NCBI GenBank assembly: GCA_951406725.2
Contig: OX597818.1
Span: 85,374,001 to 85,438,000 of the forward strand
Direction: 5' to 3'
From: Octopus vulgaris
Taxonomy: Eukaryota
Length of the DNA: 64,000 nucleotides
Shown: positions 42,041-55,754 of the stretch, one piece after another
Numbering within the stretch: position 1 is the first letter of the stretch
How the letters are laid out: each line of letters begins with the position of its first letter
Notes under the pieces: model-generated
What the model saw: only the letters and a program-made list of their open reading frames with translations
Told to the model about the DNA's origin: nothing
Databases searched by the model: none
Position numbers and translations under genes: made by a program

Positions 42041-43193
42041 TTAGCAATAATTGTCAGAACAGTTTCTTGCAAGAGAAAGGCTTTCTTTGTTGTTGTTGTT
42101 TGTAGTTTAATTCTTTGAATTTTAGAATTGGTAGCACTGATGAAAGGTTGTTTGTGGTGGGTGGATATAGTACTGTTACTAGTTAAGCAAAGCTTATTGA
42201 ACACTTCAAAATTACTATTTTCATTTTCATCATTTTGTTTTTTCTCTTTATTCTTTATTTGGTTTGCTTTTAGCTTAAATTTAAAAAAAAAACAATAATA
42301 AACAGAAAAATAAAAATGAAAATTACAAACCAATTATAAAACAAAAACAAAAAACAAGTGAACATTGCCCCCTAGAAGTCCATTTTTCTTATCTGGGTTA
42401 AATATAAAGTATATGCATGTATGGGCACAAATGCATTGATGCTCAACCACATGCACATTTGTATATACGTAAATGTACATGTATGTGTGTGTGTGTGTGT
42501 ATATATATATACACACACATACACACTCAGATGTAAATATCAAACAATGGGAATGAATGCTCAACACCAAAAGTCATTCCCTTTGATTTCTTGTTTTTGT
42601 TTATCAAAAGTTCTCATGAGACTTTATGGTGACTTCCCATGATTTTTTGTGTTTTAATCCAAAATGGAGATAATTTTCCTATGTGATCGCATTGAAGAAT
42701 TTTTCAGATATTTCTTAACATGAAACTAAGGGCACCCTAACTACACAAATAAAATGTGTATATATATATTTATATACAGTTAGACATACAACTACAGTTA
42801 AGTTTAGAGTTCCATGTAGATTATCATCATCCATTCTGCTTCCAGTATAGTGGCTTCGTTACTACCAAACTTATACATATTACTGGTGATGATAGACTGA
42901 GCCTCTATATATCATCATAATGCAATAATGTGTTTCATAGATGATTCATTGTAGTTAGGCATCAATGCAGAGGTAGAAAGTAACCATAATGGTACTTAGA
43001 GAACAAATGATATAAACTTGTGTTTATTATAATTTCTCATTCATACATACACGGGGGAGCACATAGGTACAAAACAAAGTGATGAAAATAGTACTTGATT
43101 ACCAAAGGTAGAGTAAAATAGTATTTTATTTGAAGCTGAAAAGACTTCATAAACTGCTACTCAGTTTCATATGACCAATCATGACAGTTATTA

Positions 43194-43240
<47 letters not shown>

Positions 43241-43249
43241 TGTCTTCAA

Positions 43250-43327
43250 CAGGATTTGAACTTAGAACATGCAGCTGGCAGAAATGCTGCTAAACATTTT
43301 GTCTGACATAGTAACAATTCTGCCTGC

Positions 43328-43365
<38 letters not shown>

Positions 43366-43760
43366 CCTTTCTACTAAAGCCACATGGCCTGAAATTTGGT
43401 GGGGATGGGACATGTTGATCACATCAACCCCAATGTTTGACTGGTACTTAATTTATTAACCCCAAAAGGAATTTGAACACAGAACATTGTGACCAGCGAA
43501 ATACTACTAAGCATTTTGCCCACCTTAATAATAATAATAATAATAATAATAATAGTAATAATAATATTCTTTGCTGCTATAAGCACAAGGGCTGAAATTA
43601 TTGGGGAGGGGACAATCTGATTACATTGATTCCAGTGTTTGACTGGTACTTATTTTATCAATCCTGAAAGGATGAAAGGCAAAGTCAATTTCAGTAGAAT
43701 TTAAACGTAGAACATATAAAGCCTGAAGAAATGCTGCGAAGCCTTTTGTCTGGCATGCTA
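43250..43760 (-). mobile_element. Three tandem SINE A copies or fragments embedded in (AAT)n
   Basis: GATTTGAAC..AGAAC, CTGGTACTTA and GCATTTTG motifs repeat, separated by (AAT)n at 43329-43363, 43526-43566 and 43759-43795. Confidence 0.85.
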
Positions 43761-45132
43761 ATAATAATAATAATAATAATAATAACAACAATAATAGCTT
43801 TTATCAAACAAAACAATGTGGGGTGGGTGGTGGGCGGTATCCAAAAAAAGGAGCAATGCTGGTGGTTGCTGATGTGCAGCAGTCTGTGTAATGGTCATTA
43901 ATGAATGCCATTATACAGGTGATGATGGTTGTGGTGGGGATGTCTATGGCATTGGTGATAATTATTGTCAATGATGATGACAATGATGGCAACAAACTTG
44001 GTGACAGTAGTAGTAGTAGGAGGAGGAGGACTATTGTTTATGGATATTGAGAAGGGATTTTGGTAAAGCATTATTATTAAACATTATCACTGTGACAAGC
44101 ATATAACAATAACCATTGTTGCCAAGACAACTACAACAACAATGCTTGACTCGCCCACCCACCCTACTCCCTACCCCACCCCAACACATCACAGATATAT
44201 AACCGTGGTGTCTCATAAGTAAACGAGCTTTTAATATGTCCCTTTTACATATGTACATATGCACACACACACATACATACATATTCCCATACACATACAC
44301 ATAGACATACATTACTCATGTACACTCACACACGCATACACACGTACACACCCTACACACATGCAAACACTCTTGCATATTCATACATACGTACATACCA
44401 CACACATATACACTCATACATACACATACAAACACACCTACACACACACACACATAATAATGCATACACTCACATACATACAAATCCACACACACACATG
44501 CACACCATGAACTAGAATACCATCATTGATTTATATACATTTCTTTTATATTTTTTTGTTTTTCTCTTTATTCTTTTGTTTATTGTCACTTATTTTTTTC
44601 ATAAACTTTGCTTTGTTTCATTAGTTTTCCTCCATTTCTTCTTCAACTCACTCCTCCGCAGCAACCAAACCCATCCCCTTGCTCGTTTCTTTCTGTATTC
44701 TTTCCAGTTCAAAAGAACAATATTCTTTCAAGAAAATCTGTTAATTCTTGGAAGTGAGAAACCACATGTTCTCTTATTACGGTCTTTGGTAATCCTTGTG
44801 CATGTTTGTGTGTGATGTATTGATTTGCATGAATATATATATATATATATATGTGTGTGTGTATGTATATATGTTTGTGCAAGTGTGTATATATGTTTGT
44901 GTGTGAGTGTGCATATACATACAATTTGATATATACATATGTATAAGTACACACACCTATATATGCACATATTCTTCTGCACATGTGTGTGTGCGATAGA
45001 GAGAGAGAGAGAGAGCACATAGTTTTATGTACAAACAAAAACAAATGTACTTCATAAGTATATAAATTTTTATTAAACTTTAGAATGTGGAGGAAAGAAT
45101 CTTTAGCTTGACAATAATAATAATGATAATAA

Positions 45133-45820
45133 TCCTTTCTTTTATATGTTCAGTGGGGACTAGTCAATTATATCGACACCTATGCATAACTGGTGCTTAT
45201 TTCATTAAACTTGTAAAGATAAAGGACAAAGTCAACCTCTGCAGAATTTGAAGTCAGAATGTAAAAACAGACAAAATAACCCCAAAGCTTAGGCTTAGTC
45301 AGTACCGTTGATCACAATACTTGGCTGGTATTTAATTTTTATCAACCTAGAGGAATAAAAAGCAAAATTGCCATATTGAGATTTGTATTTCAAATGTGAA
45401 GAGCCAGGACAAATGCTGCTAAGCATTTTGTCTGATGTACTAACAATTCCGCCTGCTTGCCACCATGACGGTGCTGGTGTTGGTAGTGATAATGAAGGGA
45501 AGAAAGAAGTTAAGAGGGAACTGCTGATTATATCAGCCACAATGTCTGATTGATACTTTTTTTTTATGACCCCAGAAAGATGATAGACAAGGTTGAACTC
45601 AGTAGAAGTTGAATTCAAAATGTAAATTCTCCAGTTTATTATTATTATTATTTTTTCTTTGCTTGGTATTTTACCATTTCTGGCAATATACTGGCCTACT
45701 GCTGCTGCTGCTGATTTCATATTTTAACACAAGGCCAGCAACTTAGTGGCAGGATTAGGTGAGTGGAGTACATGAGTGAAACTTACTTTTATTGGTCCCG
45801 GAAGGATGAAAGGCAAAGAT
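45133..45820 (-). mobile_element. Cluster of four degenerate SINE A fragments
   Basis: Repeated AAAGTCAACC/GAATTTGAA..CAGAATGT and GGATGAAAGGCAAAG motifs. Confidence 0.7.
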
Positions 45821-46996
45821 GAGAAATGGAATGAGATAATTTCGTGCAGCTGACTTGGACATTCAGCATGTTTGGGTAACAGCACTTTTTGGCTCGTGAG
45901 TCAAATACATACACATACATGTAGAAATATACACATACAGATAGTTAGAGAGAGAGAGAGAGAGACATTAAAATTTATTAGTTGAATACAATTCACATGA
46001 ACCCTTTCCTCAGACACAAAAGGGAAATATGATCTCATAGATATAGCAAGATGGAGGGTATCAAATCAGCAAAGCCAAATAGGCAGCACCAAAATAACTG
46101 TGCCAAACTGTCCCATACTGATGAGAAGAGATGCACTTTCTCTCTACTATAATCCTAAATGTGGCATCACCTGAGGCTAAACAACATCAACCCAATGTTT
46201 TTAGTTGGTGGTTTGACTTACTCAAAGCAGATATTTTATTTCATTCAGCCTGGGGTATGGTGTTTGAAATTTGAGCTCCTCCACCCATGCTATCTCCTGC
46301 CCACTACAGCCAATGTATGTAGCTTATCCAAATGATGCAAGCCTGAAGTTCTCTCTCCTTCTTTCTCTCCCCCCCTCCTTTCTTCACATGGACATCTCTA
46401 TCATTAACATCAACAAGCACTTCACTTTTGTTTTATCGTGGGGTGGGGTTTCCTTATACACATTCCTTATCTCTCACTCTCTCATCCTCCTCTTTCTTCC
46501 TTCCCTCTCTTTCTCTTTCTATCTCTCTCACTAGGATTTTGCTGACTGAGCCTGTGTTACAAACTTCATTTACTTGTCATCACTGTCCCCACCATCACCA
46601 CCGCTACTACCACTAACCACTTGAGTCTTGCCTTATCTGCAGTCTCATCCATATTTCTTCCTCTCTCTCTTTCTTTTTGCTTTCATTCCCTCCTCTCTCT
46701 CTTTCTTTCTCTCTGCCTTTAGCCTACAGCCAAACTACAACCTTTCCTCCTCCATCACTAAATCCATTTATGCTATCATTACCATCAGTACCATCACCAC
46801 CATAAACAAGCACCCACCTTCCACCCTGTGACCTTCCATCTCAGTAAACATTGCCCCCATCAAGATCTAAAAAGGGCTTCTGTTAGTCCAAGTAATAAAG
46901 TTAGCAAGATACCATATCTCTGTTCACAGCTCCTCCTCCTTGCATCTTTCTCTGTCTTTCTCCGAAACTCTCTCATTCTAGTCCCCCTTCTCTCTC

Positions 46997-47048
<52 letters not shown>

Positions 47049-47278
47049 CCTCCTTCAGAAATTCTAAAGCTTAATTTCATTTGGGAGTCAACCCACCTTC
47101 TGTTCCTATTTATCTCTCATGGGTCTAATTGCCTTAGTCATGAGTATGTGGGGTTGCTTCCATAACAATTTGGTGGCTAACAAACCTCTTTCCCCCTCCC
47201 CTCCCCCCAGCCACAGTATTTTTAAGTTAATGTCATTAGGGAAAGGCAGTAACATCACATCATCCCAGCTGTGTGTGT

Positions 47279-47325
<47 letters not shown>

Positions 47326-47382
47326 AGTCTATCTATCTATCTATCTATATCTCTTCTACTAATTTGCTCTATCATTTTAAGT

Positions 47383-47910
47383 GCAGGCAAGACTATGGTG
47401 GTGAAGAAGCTCACTTTGCAACTGCATGGTTTCAGGTTCAGTCTTAGTGTGTGGTACCTTGGGTAAGTGTCTTCTGCTATAGCTCCAGACCAGCAAAATG
47501 CCTTGCAAGTGAATTTAGTAGATGAAAACTTTGTGGAGGCCATCATATGCATGTGCCTGTGTTTGTATGTTGATGTCCAAAGATAGAAAAAAAACACCTG
47601 TCATGTGTACAGGAGATGTGTGTTGAAGTCCCATACACATCCTTTGACATTTTCTCTCCAAAGGTTTTTTTTAACCCAATATTTACACACTAATAATTTT
47701 TAGATTTATCCACTTCAAGATCCACCATTCCAAAATATATATGGGGTGGATTGTTTGTGTTTGTCTTGCTTGACAACTGGTGTTGATTTGCTTATGTTTC
47801 CATAACTTAGTGATTCAGCAAAAGAAACAGATAGAATAAGTACCAAATGTAAAAAAAAAAAGAAATAAAATAAGCATTGGGGCCAGTCTATTTGATTAAA
47901 CCCTTTAAGG
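47383..47910 (+). mobile_element. SINE family B
   Basis: Head CATGGTTTCAGGTTCAGTC..GGTACCTTGGGTAAGTGTCTTCTGCTATAGC; tail GCTTGACAACTGGTGTT..CAGCAAAAGAAACAGATAGAATAAGTACC. Confidence 0.8.
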
Positions 47911-47929
47911 CAGCCCCTCTTATGTAAGA

Positions 47930-48547
47930 CATGGTAGCATTCAAAAACTCTTTTCTGATGCCTATAAGGGTTCCATCAGAGATGTGTGAGAATATTTCAG
48001 AATGTGCTGAATATTAGTTGGTCATTGTAAACTCCAGACACAGAATCTTGAGGGAGCTGACATCTTGAGCATTGAAGCAGTGGTACACAAGCATTGTTTA
48101 CATTGGACTGAATACCTTGTTTGTATGAATGATCTGAGAATCACTAGGCACATGGTATAAACTCCCACCAAAACCAAGACTACAATTTAAGTATTGCATA
48201 AAGACATCATTGAAAGTGTATGAAATATAGGAGGTCAATGAAGAAAGCAATGTTTGCCATTACCACTAACAGAGATAACAAATAAAAGGAAGAGATGTTT
48301 TTGAAAAAAAACATGCATTTTTTGTGCAGAATTTAAGTTAGCTGCTCAAAAACGCACCATCAGTATAGTGAATGGTGGAAGCTTGGTCTGCAATATCTGC
48401 AGACTTATATGTTTGTCAAGGACCAGATTTCATTAGTCACCAGTGAAGCCACAAGTGTAAAATGTAAATTTGTCTGAGTACACAATGTTCTTAATGGTCA
48501 GTGGTGGTCTACTCAGTCATGATTAGACAGCCCAGCCATCATCATCA
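47930..48547 (+). pseudogene. RTE-clade LINE 3' remnant (post-RT region, Cys/His motif, (CAT)n tail)
   Basis: HQRCVRI / EGADILSIEAVVHKHCLHWTEYLVCMNDLRI / KPRLQFKYCIKTSLK / VCNICRLICLSR..FISHQ fit RTE C-terminal motifs; many stops and frameshifts. Confidence 0.8.
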
Positions 48548-48599
48548 TATAAATGTATATATGTGTGTATATAGATATTGGCTGTGTGTATATTTCTGA

Positions 48600-48950
48600 C
48601 AAAGGACTGAGATACCTGGCATCTTGCTATACTTGAGGAGGCCTGTCCTCCACAGCAGAAGTGTTAAGGCCACATTCCCCAGTAAAGATGATTGGCCTGC
48701 AAGAGCCTTGTGCCAGCACCACATAAAAAGCACTTTTGCTGGTGCCATGTAAAAGTGCTCATGCCAGTGCCGTGTTAAAAGCACCCAGCACACACTGTAA
48801 AGTGGTTGGTGTTAGGAAGGGCATCCAGCCACAGAGACCAAGCCAAATCAGCCTGGAACCTGATACAGCTCTCTAGCTTGCCAGTTGTGGTCAAACTGTT
48901 CAACACATACCCGTAGAGAAAACAAATGTTAATGGATGTTAATGATGATG
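48600..48950 (+). mobile_element. SINE family D
   Basis: Three RTAAAARGCAC-type subrepeats, then GTGGTTGGTGTTAGGAAGGGCATCCAGCC and a GTTAATGATGATG tail. Confidence 0.85.
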
Positions 48951-48958
48951 TGTGTGTG

Positions 48959-48998
<40 letters not shown>

Positions 48999-49932
48999 GA
49001 AGGTCCTTCCTGTATCTTATCTTTCAGTGGGGAAGATCTTTATCCATTTATCCATCATAGCTTGCATTAATAGCTGGATTATCTTCTGCATGGAGGAATA
49101 TTGTTAACTGGATTATCTCCTAAAGTTGCCAAACCTTATTCAATTGGATTAGAATGTGGTTTGGCAGCATTTTCTGGTTGGATTAGCTTTAGATAAATCA
49201 TGAGTAATAGATAAATAAATAAATAAGTAAATAAATATAAATTCTTATAAATCACTGGGCAATTCTGAGTCAGTTATAATTTGTTTTTGCTTCATTATCT
49301 TGTTGTTGGTGTTGTCTCTAGTTGCCGCTTTTGTTAACTTGTTATTCTTATATTGTCTGAAAAAGCCATTTATTCACCTCCAAGAATCCATCTTTTCCTC
49401 CCAAGAAAAAGGTTGCTATGGTGCTTTCAATTAAATTCTATGAATATGGGGTGGGTGTTGTTTTCTTTTTTTTTTTCCCCGTTTTGTTTTATTTTATTTT
49501 TTTTAGTTTTGTTTTCTTTCATCCAATTACATTGTGAATTAGCGCTCAGAAGAAATAATGTGTTGAGGGACGACGGGAACGATAGAATGGTATATGGTAC
49601 GGGGGAGTGGGTCAGCAAACCAAACTCCTAGAAGCTTTCTCAATGAATTTTTGGGCTTAATTTAGGGAAATTTATTGAAATTAGTTTAACTCGTTTATCC
49701 AAGTCAGTCTATATAAATGAGGTAGTTCTTCATACAGATATCCCTTATGGGGATAAAGTTATTCTCTATTATTGTTCTCAAATCTTCCAATCATTGTGCT
49801 GTAAAAGCTCGTTTGTAGCTTTCCATTGATTTGGTAATGATACATATATGTAGGTGTGCAAGTGTATGTTTGTTTGTTTTTTATATATATATATATATAT
49901 ATAATTTGTGTGTGTATATGTATGTATATATA

Positions 49933-49975
<43 letters not shown>

Positions 49976-50432
49976 TAATGGAGTGTATTCCTTGTTATAA
50001 CTTAAGGATTTTTATACATAAATCAACATAGATACAACTTAAAATTTCAATTGAAGATTACTTATTATTATTATTCAGTAGTTTTATTTTTATCACGTGC
50101 TTTCACTGCACTACCAAGCACAGCTTTGTGTGCCTTGGGTTTGCACAGTGCTCTTCTTTTCACTGTATTGAAAGTGTTTTATGCAGGATGTGTGCGGTGT
50201 CTAGTATTGCTATTTTCTGTATGTTATATATACTTGTAAGTCCTAGTGTTTTTGTTACTTGTCTGAATGATTTTTTTTATCATATCTAATTATTGTTGTT
50301 GTTGTTATGTAGTAGTTGTAGTAGTAGTAAGTGTTTATTGCTTGTATAAACAAAAGCAAGGAAACATTCAATTCAATACTAAGGTATTAAAATGTCTTTA
50401 TAAATTTCAACTGGAGAAATTCTGTATCCAAC

Positions 50433-50760
50433 ATTGGTTAATGACTGTTCGTGTACAGTTGCAAATACAAGCAGCTGAAATTGGGTTCTTCTGAAGGATG
50501 TTTGCTGTAAAGTTACTTGACAGGGTGCATAGCTGAGAGATCAAGGAGTTTCTCCAGATTTTCCCTGCATTGAGAAGTCACAACACCAGTACTACAAGCA
50601 TGCAGGAAAGAATCACAAACCAGATTCTTCAAGCCAAGCCAAACTGCAGGAAATAAAGAGGTAGATCAAGAATGAGATGGTTGGGTAATATCCGTTACCT
50701 TAGTTGATCATGCTTGGGGATCCAGCAATGAAGTCTAATGACAGTTGCTTCTAATAGGAC
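50433..50760 (+). pseudogene. RTE-clade (Expander/Rex3-like) LINE 3' remnant
   Basis: WLMTVRVQLQIQAAEIGFF*RMFAVKLLDRVHS*EIKEFLQ..IEKSQ..ERITNQILQAKP..RGRSRMRWLGNI. Confidence 0.85.
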
Positions 50761-50904
50761 CTTCTATTATTATTATTTAGCTGGATGTTGAAAAAATACA
50801 AAGACATTGATACAACACATTTTATTTCATACCTCCCTCAATGTCAGTTTTAGCTCTCATTCCTAAAGTTGAGAAAATAGATACTAATCAGACAATCGAT
50901 AGTG

Positions 50905-51137
50905 CCACATAAAATGCACTGGTGCTGGTACCACTTGTGATGCACTGGTGATGGTGCCATGATAAAAACACCTAGTACACTTAATGGAGTGGTTTGCATT
51001 AAGAAGAGCATCCAGCTATTGAAACCAAGCCAAAACAGAGTATGGAACCTGGTGCAGCCCCTGGCCTTACCAGCTTCCATTGTCAAGCTGTCTAACTCAT
51101 GCCAGCTTGGAAAACAAACATTAAATGATGATGATGA
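50905..51137 (+). mobile_element. SINE family D
   Basis: GTGCCACATAAAATGCAC subrepeats; AAGAAGAGCATCCAGCT; CATGCCAGC..ACATTAAATGATGATGATGA. Confidence 0.8.
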
Positions 51138-51900
51138 GTTGGCAAATAATAAATGAAGTGAAATAGTCAGTGCATGTGTTTATTATTGTTATAATGACCC
51201 TCTCGTGATGCAATAAAATTTAGAGTATTTTACTCAGATTGTGTTGTGTTTGAACTTGTGACCCGCATCGAAACAAGCCGCCACTAACCTTAACCTAACT
51301 GACTAACTTGTCCAGTCTGTTTTAGTTGTTAGAATGGTAAGTTTATGGAATGGTGAGGGTAAAGATGAAATTCAATTTCCTGTTGCCCTTTTCACATAGT
51401 TTTAAGAGTTTATTATTAATGTGGTAATTAAAGCCTGCAATGTGTACACTGTACTGGTGTGTGTTTTATACATCTTCGACCTTTCCTTTGTTGGAAATCA
51501 TGTAAAGGAAATTACTGGTAATTAAAATATTAATTAATTGGTAGCTACTGTTCCTCTCTTTTTTTTTTTTTCAATACCATACCATGCCCTTCCATATTAT
51601 ACACCTACCCTCATTCATACAAATATTGTACATTAATATAACTTAGTTATATGGTTGTGTATTCTCTTTGTCTTTCACTTGCATTCACACACACTTCTGC
51701 AGGCACATACGTACATTTTTTTCTTCTGCACAAGCACACACACACACTTTCTCTCTGTCTCTCTCTTGCTTTCTCTCTTTTGCCTTCTCACTCCTGTACA
51801 TATACATTTTCCTCCACATTAACACACTGGCACCCAGAGTCCCGTAAAAAGCAGCATTTAACCTGTTAATGTTTAATGAAACATCTGTGATACAAGCACA

Positions 51901-51947
<47 letters not shown>

Positions 51948-52034
51948 TCTGTTATTATCTGCATATTCATCTGAAAGTCAGCTGTATTTTGCTTTCTATA
52001 TTACAAAGTTCCTTCTAATTTACATATGTTATAA

Positions 52035-52415
52035 TGAACATATTTTTCCCTAGGTACAGGCCCTGTAGTTAAGAAGTTTCTTTTGCAACCACATGGTTTC
52101 AAGTTCAATCCCAAGGGCAAGTGTCTTCTATTGTAGTTCCCGGTCAATCAATTCCTTGTGAGTGAATTTGGTACATGAAAACTCATTGGAACCCCGTCAT
52201 GTGTGTTTGTGTCTATCTGTCTTTGTGTCTGTCTCCCATTGCTTGACAACCACTTGTTTATTCATGTTCCCATAACTTAGCAGTTTGGCAAGAGAGACTG
52301 ATAGAATAAGTACCAAACTTAAAAGATAAGTACTGAAGTTAATTTGTTAGACTTAAACTCATTAAGTTGTGCCCCAGCGTGGCCACATTCCAGTGACTGA
52401 AACAAAAGATAAAAG
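52035..52415 (+). mobile_element. SINE family B
   Basis: CAACCACATGGTTTCAAGTTCAATCCC..GGGCAAGTGTCTTCTA..GAGACTGATAGAATAAGTACC..TGACTGAAACAAAAGA. Confidence 0.85.
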
Positions 52416-52719
52416 GAAATAATCTGTATAAAATGATGTTACAAACTAATTCAATTTCATTCATTATCATTGTTTTAATATGTTTAAGGGTGGTAAGATG
52501 TGAAATGAACAGGATTTGACTGCTATTTCTTGCAGGTTAATTGATCCTGTAAGGAGATCCTTTTGTAAGCCACTGTTGCGGGCAGCACATTGTTTCATGG
52601 TCAAACTTAACTCTTGATTGGTATTGATCTCATTGATGCTGAAAGAATGAAAGACGATGATGATTATTATTATAGTAATGATGGTAGCCCTGTTGAAGCA
52701 GATGATGATGACAACAGTA

Positions 52720-53300
52720 GTGACACTTCACTGTCACACCACATGTTACAGTCATCTCGTCACACACACCATTGTGTCACACACTTCACTATATTACATT
52801 ACAAACTGCTTACCGTGTCTCATGCTTCACCATGTTACATCACACATGTCACCATGTTACATCATGCACCTCACTGTTACATCATACACCTCACTGTTAC
52901 ATAACACACCTCACCATCTCATGTCACAAACTTTGCCATCTCGTGTCATTCTACCATTTCATGTTAGGCATCTCACTGTGTTACATCACACACTTCAGCG
53001 TACAACATCCCACACCCCAGCATGTCACGTCCCACACTTCAGCATGTGACATCATACACTTCACCATGTCACATCACACACCTTGTTATGTCACATCATA
53101 CACCTTGCCATCTCACGTCACACATTTCGCCATCTCATGTCACACACTTTACCATGTCAGATAATGCATCTTACCATCTTGCATCACACACTTCCACGTC
53201 ACACACCCATCCATGCCATGCCACACTCCTTGCTATTTCACATCACACACCTCACAATGTCACATCCCACACCTCACTGTGTCATACACTGTCACATCAG
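52720..53300. repeat. Degenerate ~22-bp minisatellite, consensus approx. CACACACYTCACCATGTYACAT
   Basis: About 25 diverged units seen directly. Confidence 0.85.
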
Positions 53301-54415
53301 CCACTACACTTTCCTACCTTCTCTTGTACCCGACACCTTAGTGTATCTGGGCTGCACCAACCATTGATACCAATAATTCCATTTACTGATGTCTTTTTAA
53401 TCACTGCTAGCATCTCCCTCTCTCTGCTTCTCTTTCCCTGTCTTTTGTCTCTAGTCTGTCTCTCTTTCTCTCTATCGTTCATTCTCTCTCTTTCTTTCTC
53501 TTTCTATCTCTTTCTTTCTCTCTTTGTGGTGGGTACAACATAAAGAACTGGTATGGGAGTAAAACTGAGATTTATTTGCAATTGTCTTTCACTTTATTTA
53601 TTTTATTAATTATATTTTATTACTTTTTTAATTACATTTCTTCCTTAATACTTTTCTCTTTCTCTTATTTATTATGACTGCTAACTTGAAAGTTATGGCA
53701 AGAACGGGTATGTTGGCGTGGGGGAGGGGTCGATGAGTTAGCAGCGGAGGGAGGGTAGGAGGGTCTGGTCTGGGAATTGAGATGTGATCTAGATAGGGGT
53801 GGAGAAAAAGAGAGAGAGACTGTGTGTGCAAGTGGTGGAGTAGCTTATTTTTTTCCCCAACTCCTGGCTGTATATTCAGAGATAAATATCTCCCACAGCT
53901 ATTGTTGGTGGTGGTGGTTGTGGTGTTGGCACTGATATTATTGCTTGCTCTTATTATTGTTGTTGCTACTCTTAACCCACCTACCTACCCCCACTGCTAC
54001 TGGTTCTTAACTCTTATCTCTGCCGCTTATCACAAATGATTTGACTTAATGAGAAGGACAACAATAAAATTTGTTTATTGTGGTTGAGAATTGTGTTTTG
54101 CTCACCATCTTTTCTTTTTCTCTATATGTCTCTCTCTCTCTCTCTCCATCTCACCCCTCATTCCCTACCCCAATTTCTTCTTATTTCCCTCTTCACTTTT
54201 GGTATGTTTACGCACAAATAATGCACTCTGGCTCTTTGTGTATCTGTATGTGTGTAACTCTGTATCTGTGTGCACACTCACACATACAAGTTTTAGATCG
54301 GATTAGTGACATGTCTGTGTCTTTATATGCACTGATATATTTCTATAATTATTGGTTTATATACAAGCGGTCACTGATGCGTGCATATACAAACATTTTT
54401 GTGTGGAGCTATATG

Positions 54416-54505
54416 TATGAGGGGGTACTGAAAAGTTCCTGGCTTTGGGTAAAAGAAAATACAAGAGGATCAGTTAATTATGATCGAACATCTTCCCCTC
54501 TCAAT
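54416..54505. mobile_element. Truncated mariner MITE, same family as 8173-8378
   Basis: TA|TGAGGGGGTACTGAAAAGTTCCTGGCTTTGGGTAAAAGAAAA is the reverse complement of 8336-8378. Confidence 0.85.
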
Positions 54506-54509
54506 TTAT

Positions 54510-54925
54510 TCAAGGCAGATTTTCTGTGACTGGATGCCTTCCCTATCTCCAACCCTCACCTGTTTTCAAGCAAGGTAATATTTCCCCATGGCCAGACATG
54601 TTCTAGCAGAATATTGCAAAGTGTTACTTGTATGCAGTGATCATAATCTAGAACTGTTACACAATGCCAAGAAAAGAATATGCCAACACACCCATATCCA
54701 CAGACATCATTATTTATATATATACACACAAGCACACATCTATATATTTACATTCATATATACACATAACAGACTTCTTTGAAGTTCATGTCTACTAAAT
54801 TTACTCAAAAACTTTGGTCGATTCTGGTCTATAGTAGATATTTGCTCAAGGTGTCATACAGTGGGGCTGAACCTAGAACCATGTGCTTCAGAATCAAATT
54901 TCTTACCACATAGTCCAACTGTACC
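54510..54925 (-). mobile_element. SINE B/D-tail variant
   Basis: GGATGCCTTCC..CCAACCCTCACCTGTTTTCAAGCAAGGTAATATTTCCCCATGGCCAGACATG; head CAAGGTGTCATACAGTGGGGCTGAACCTAGAACCATGTG. Confidence 0.8.
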
Positions 54926-55142
54926 TATATATGTTGGATTTATTGAGTCATGCATATACATAATTATTGGTTTATATTCAAGTGATTACTCATGTGTAGA
55001 TATACATAAATTTTTGTACTGAACTTTGTTTATGACTATAGATTATTACTAAAAGCATTATTTTCAAAGACAGTGTATTTCAAGATAAGTATGGTAACAA
55101 AATAGTTAAAGATGTTAAGGAGTTTGCTATGACATATTTAGT

Positions 55143-55370
55143 TTAATTCATTAGCATTTAAACCAACTATATCTGGCCCAAATATTCTGTCTGTTTTATA
55201 TTCAAACTGGTCAGATATGGCCTCTCACACGTATCACAGAAAGTCAATCTAAAAACAAACAATCATGTCATTGAAATCTCACAGCTATGAAATAATGTAT
55301 GCATAATTTAAAGCAGTGTGAATGAACAAACATAACATTTGATAGAGTAATCTGAATATTACAGGGTTAA
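55143..55370. mobile_element. piggyBac-like MITE family F
   Basis: TTAATTCATTAGCATTTAAACC ... TCTGAATATTACAGGGTTAA. Confidence 0.8.
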
Positions 55371-55754
55371 ATGCTATTTCAAAGTAGAATGAACACACCC
55401 TGATAGAAACTCATGTAATTAAGGGATCTGTCTGTAGTTGCTCAACCTACAAGAAATAGTAGCCAAATCTTTCATAAATCAAACCTTTGTATCATAAAGA
55501 AAGGGAAGGCACTTTGGAAATGTAGTCCTAGATATGCTGTGCATGATTAAGAAACAAGGTGGTTGTGGGTCACAGCTGGAATGCTTTGGTCATAGTTCAG
55601 TGCATTCAGGTCTGTCAAAAACAAAATAACAATAATTAAATATGAGAAGGTTGCTTCTATGGTCTTTTAAAAAATTGTTAAGAAGGAATTGTGTGAGAGA
55701 GAGAGAGAGAGATGTGGTTGTTATTTGGGAGTCAGTGATTATTATTTATGTACA

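Noticed and set aside
52720-53300. CRISPR-like array
   Set aside because: No unique spacers, units are contiguous and diverged, and the context is eukaryotic.
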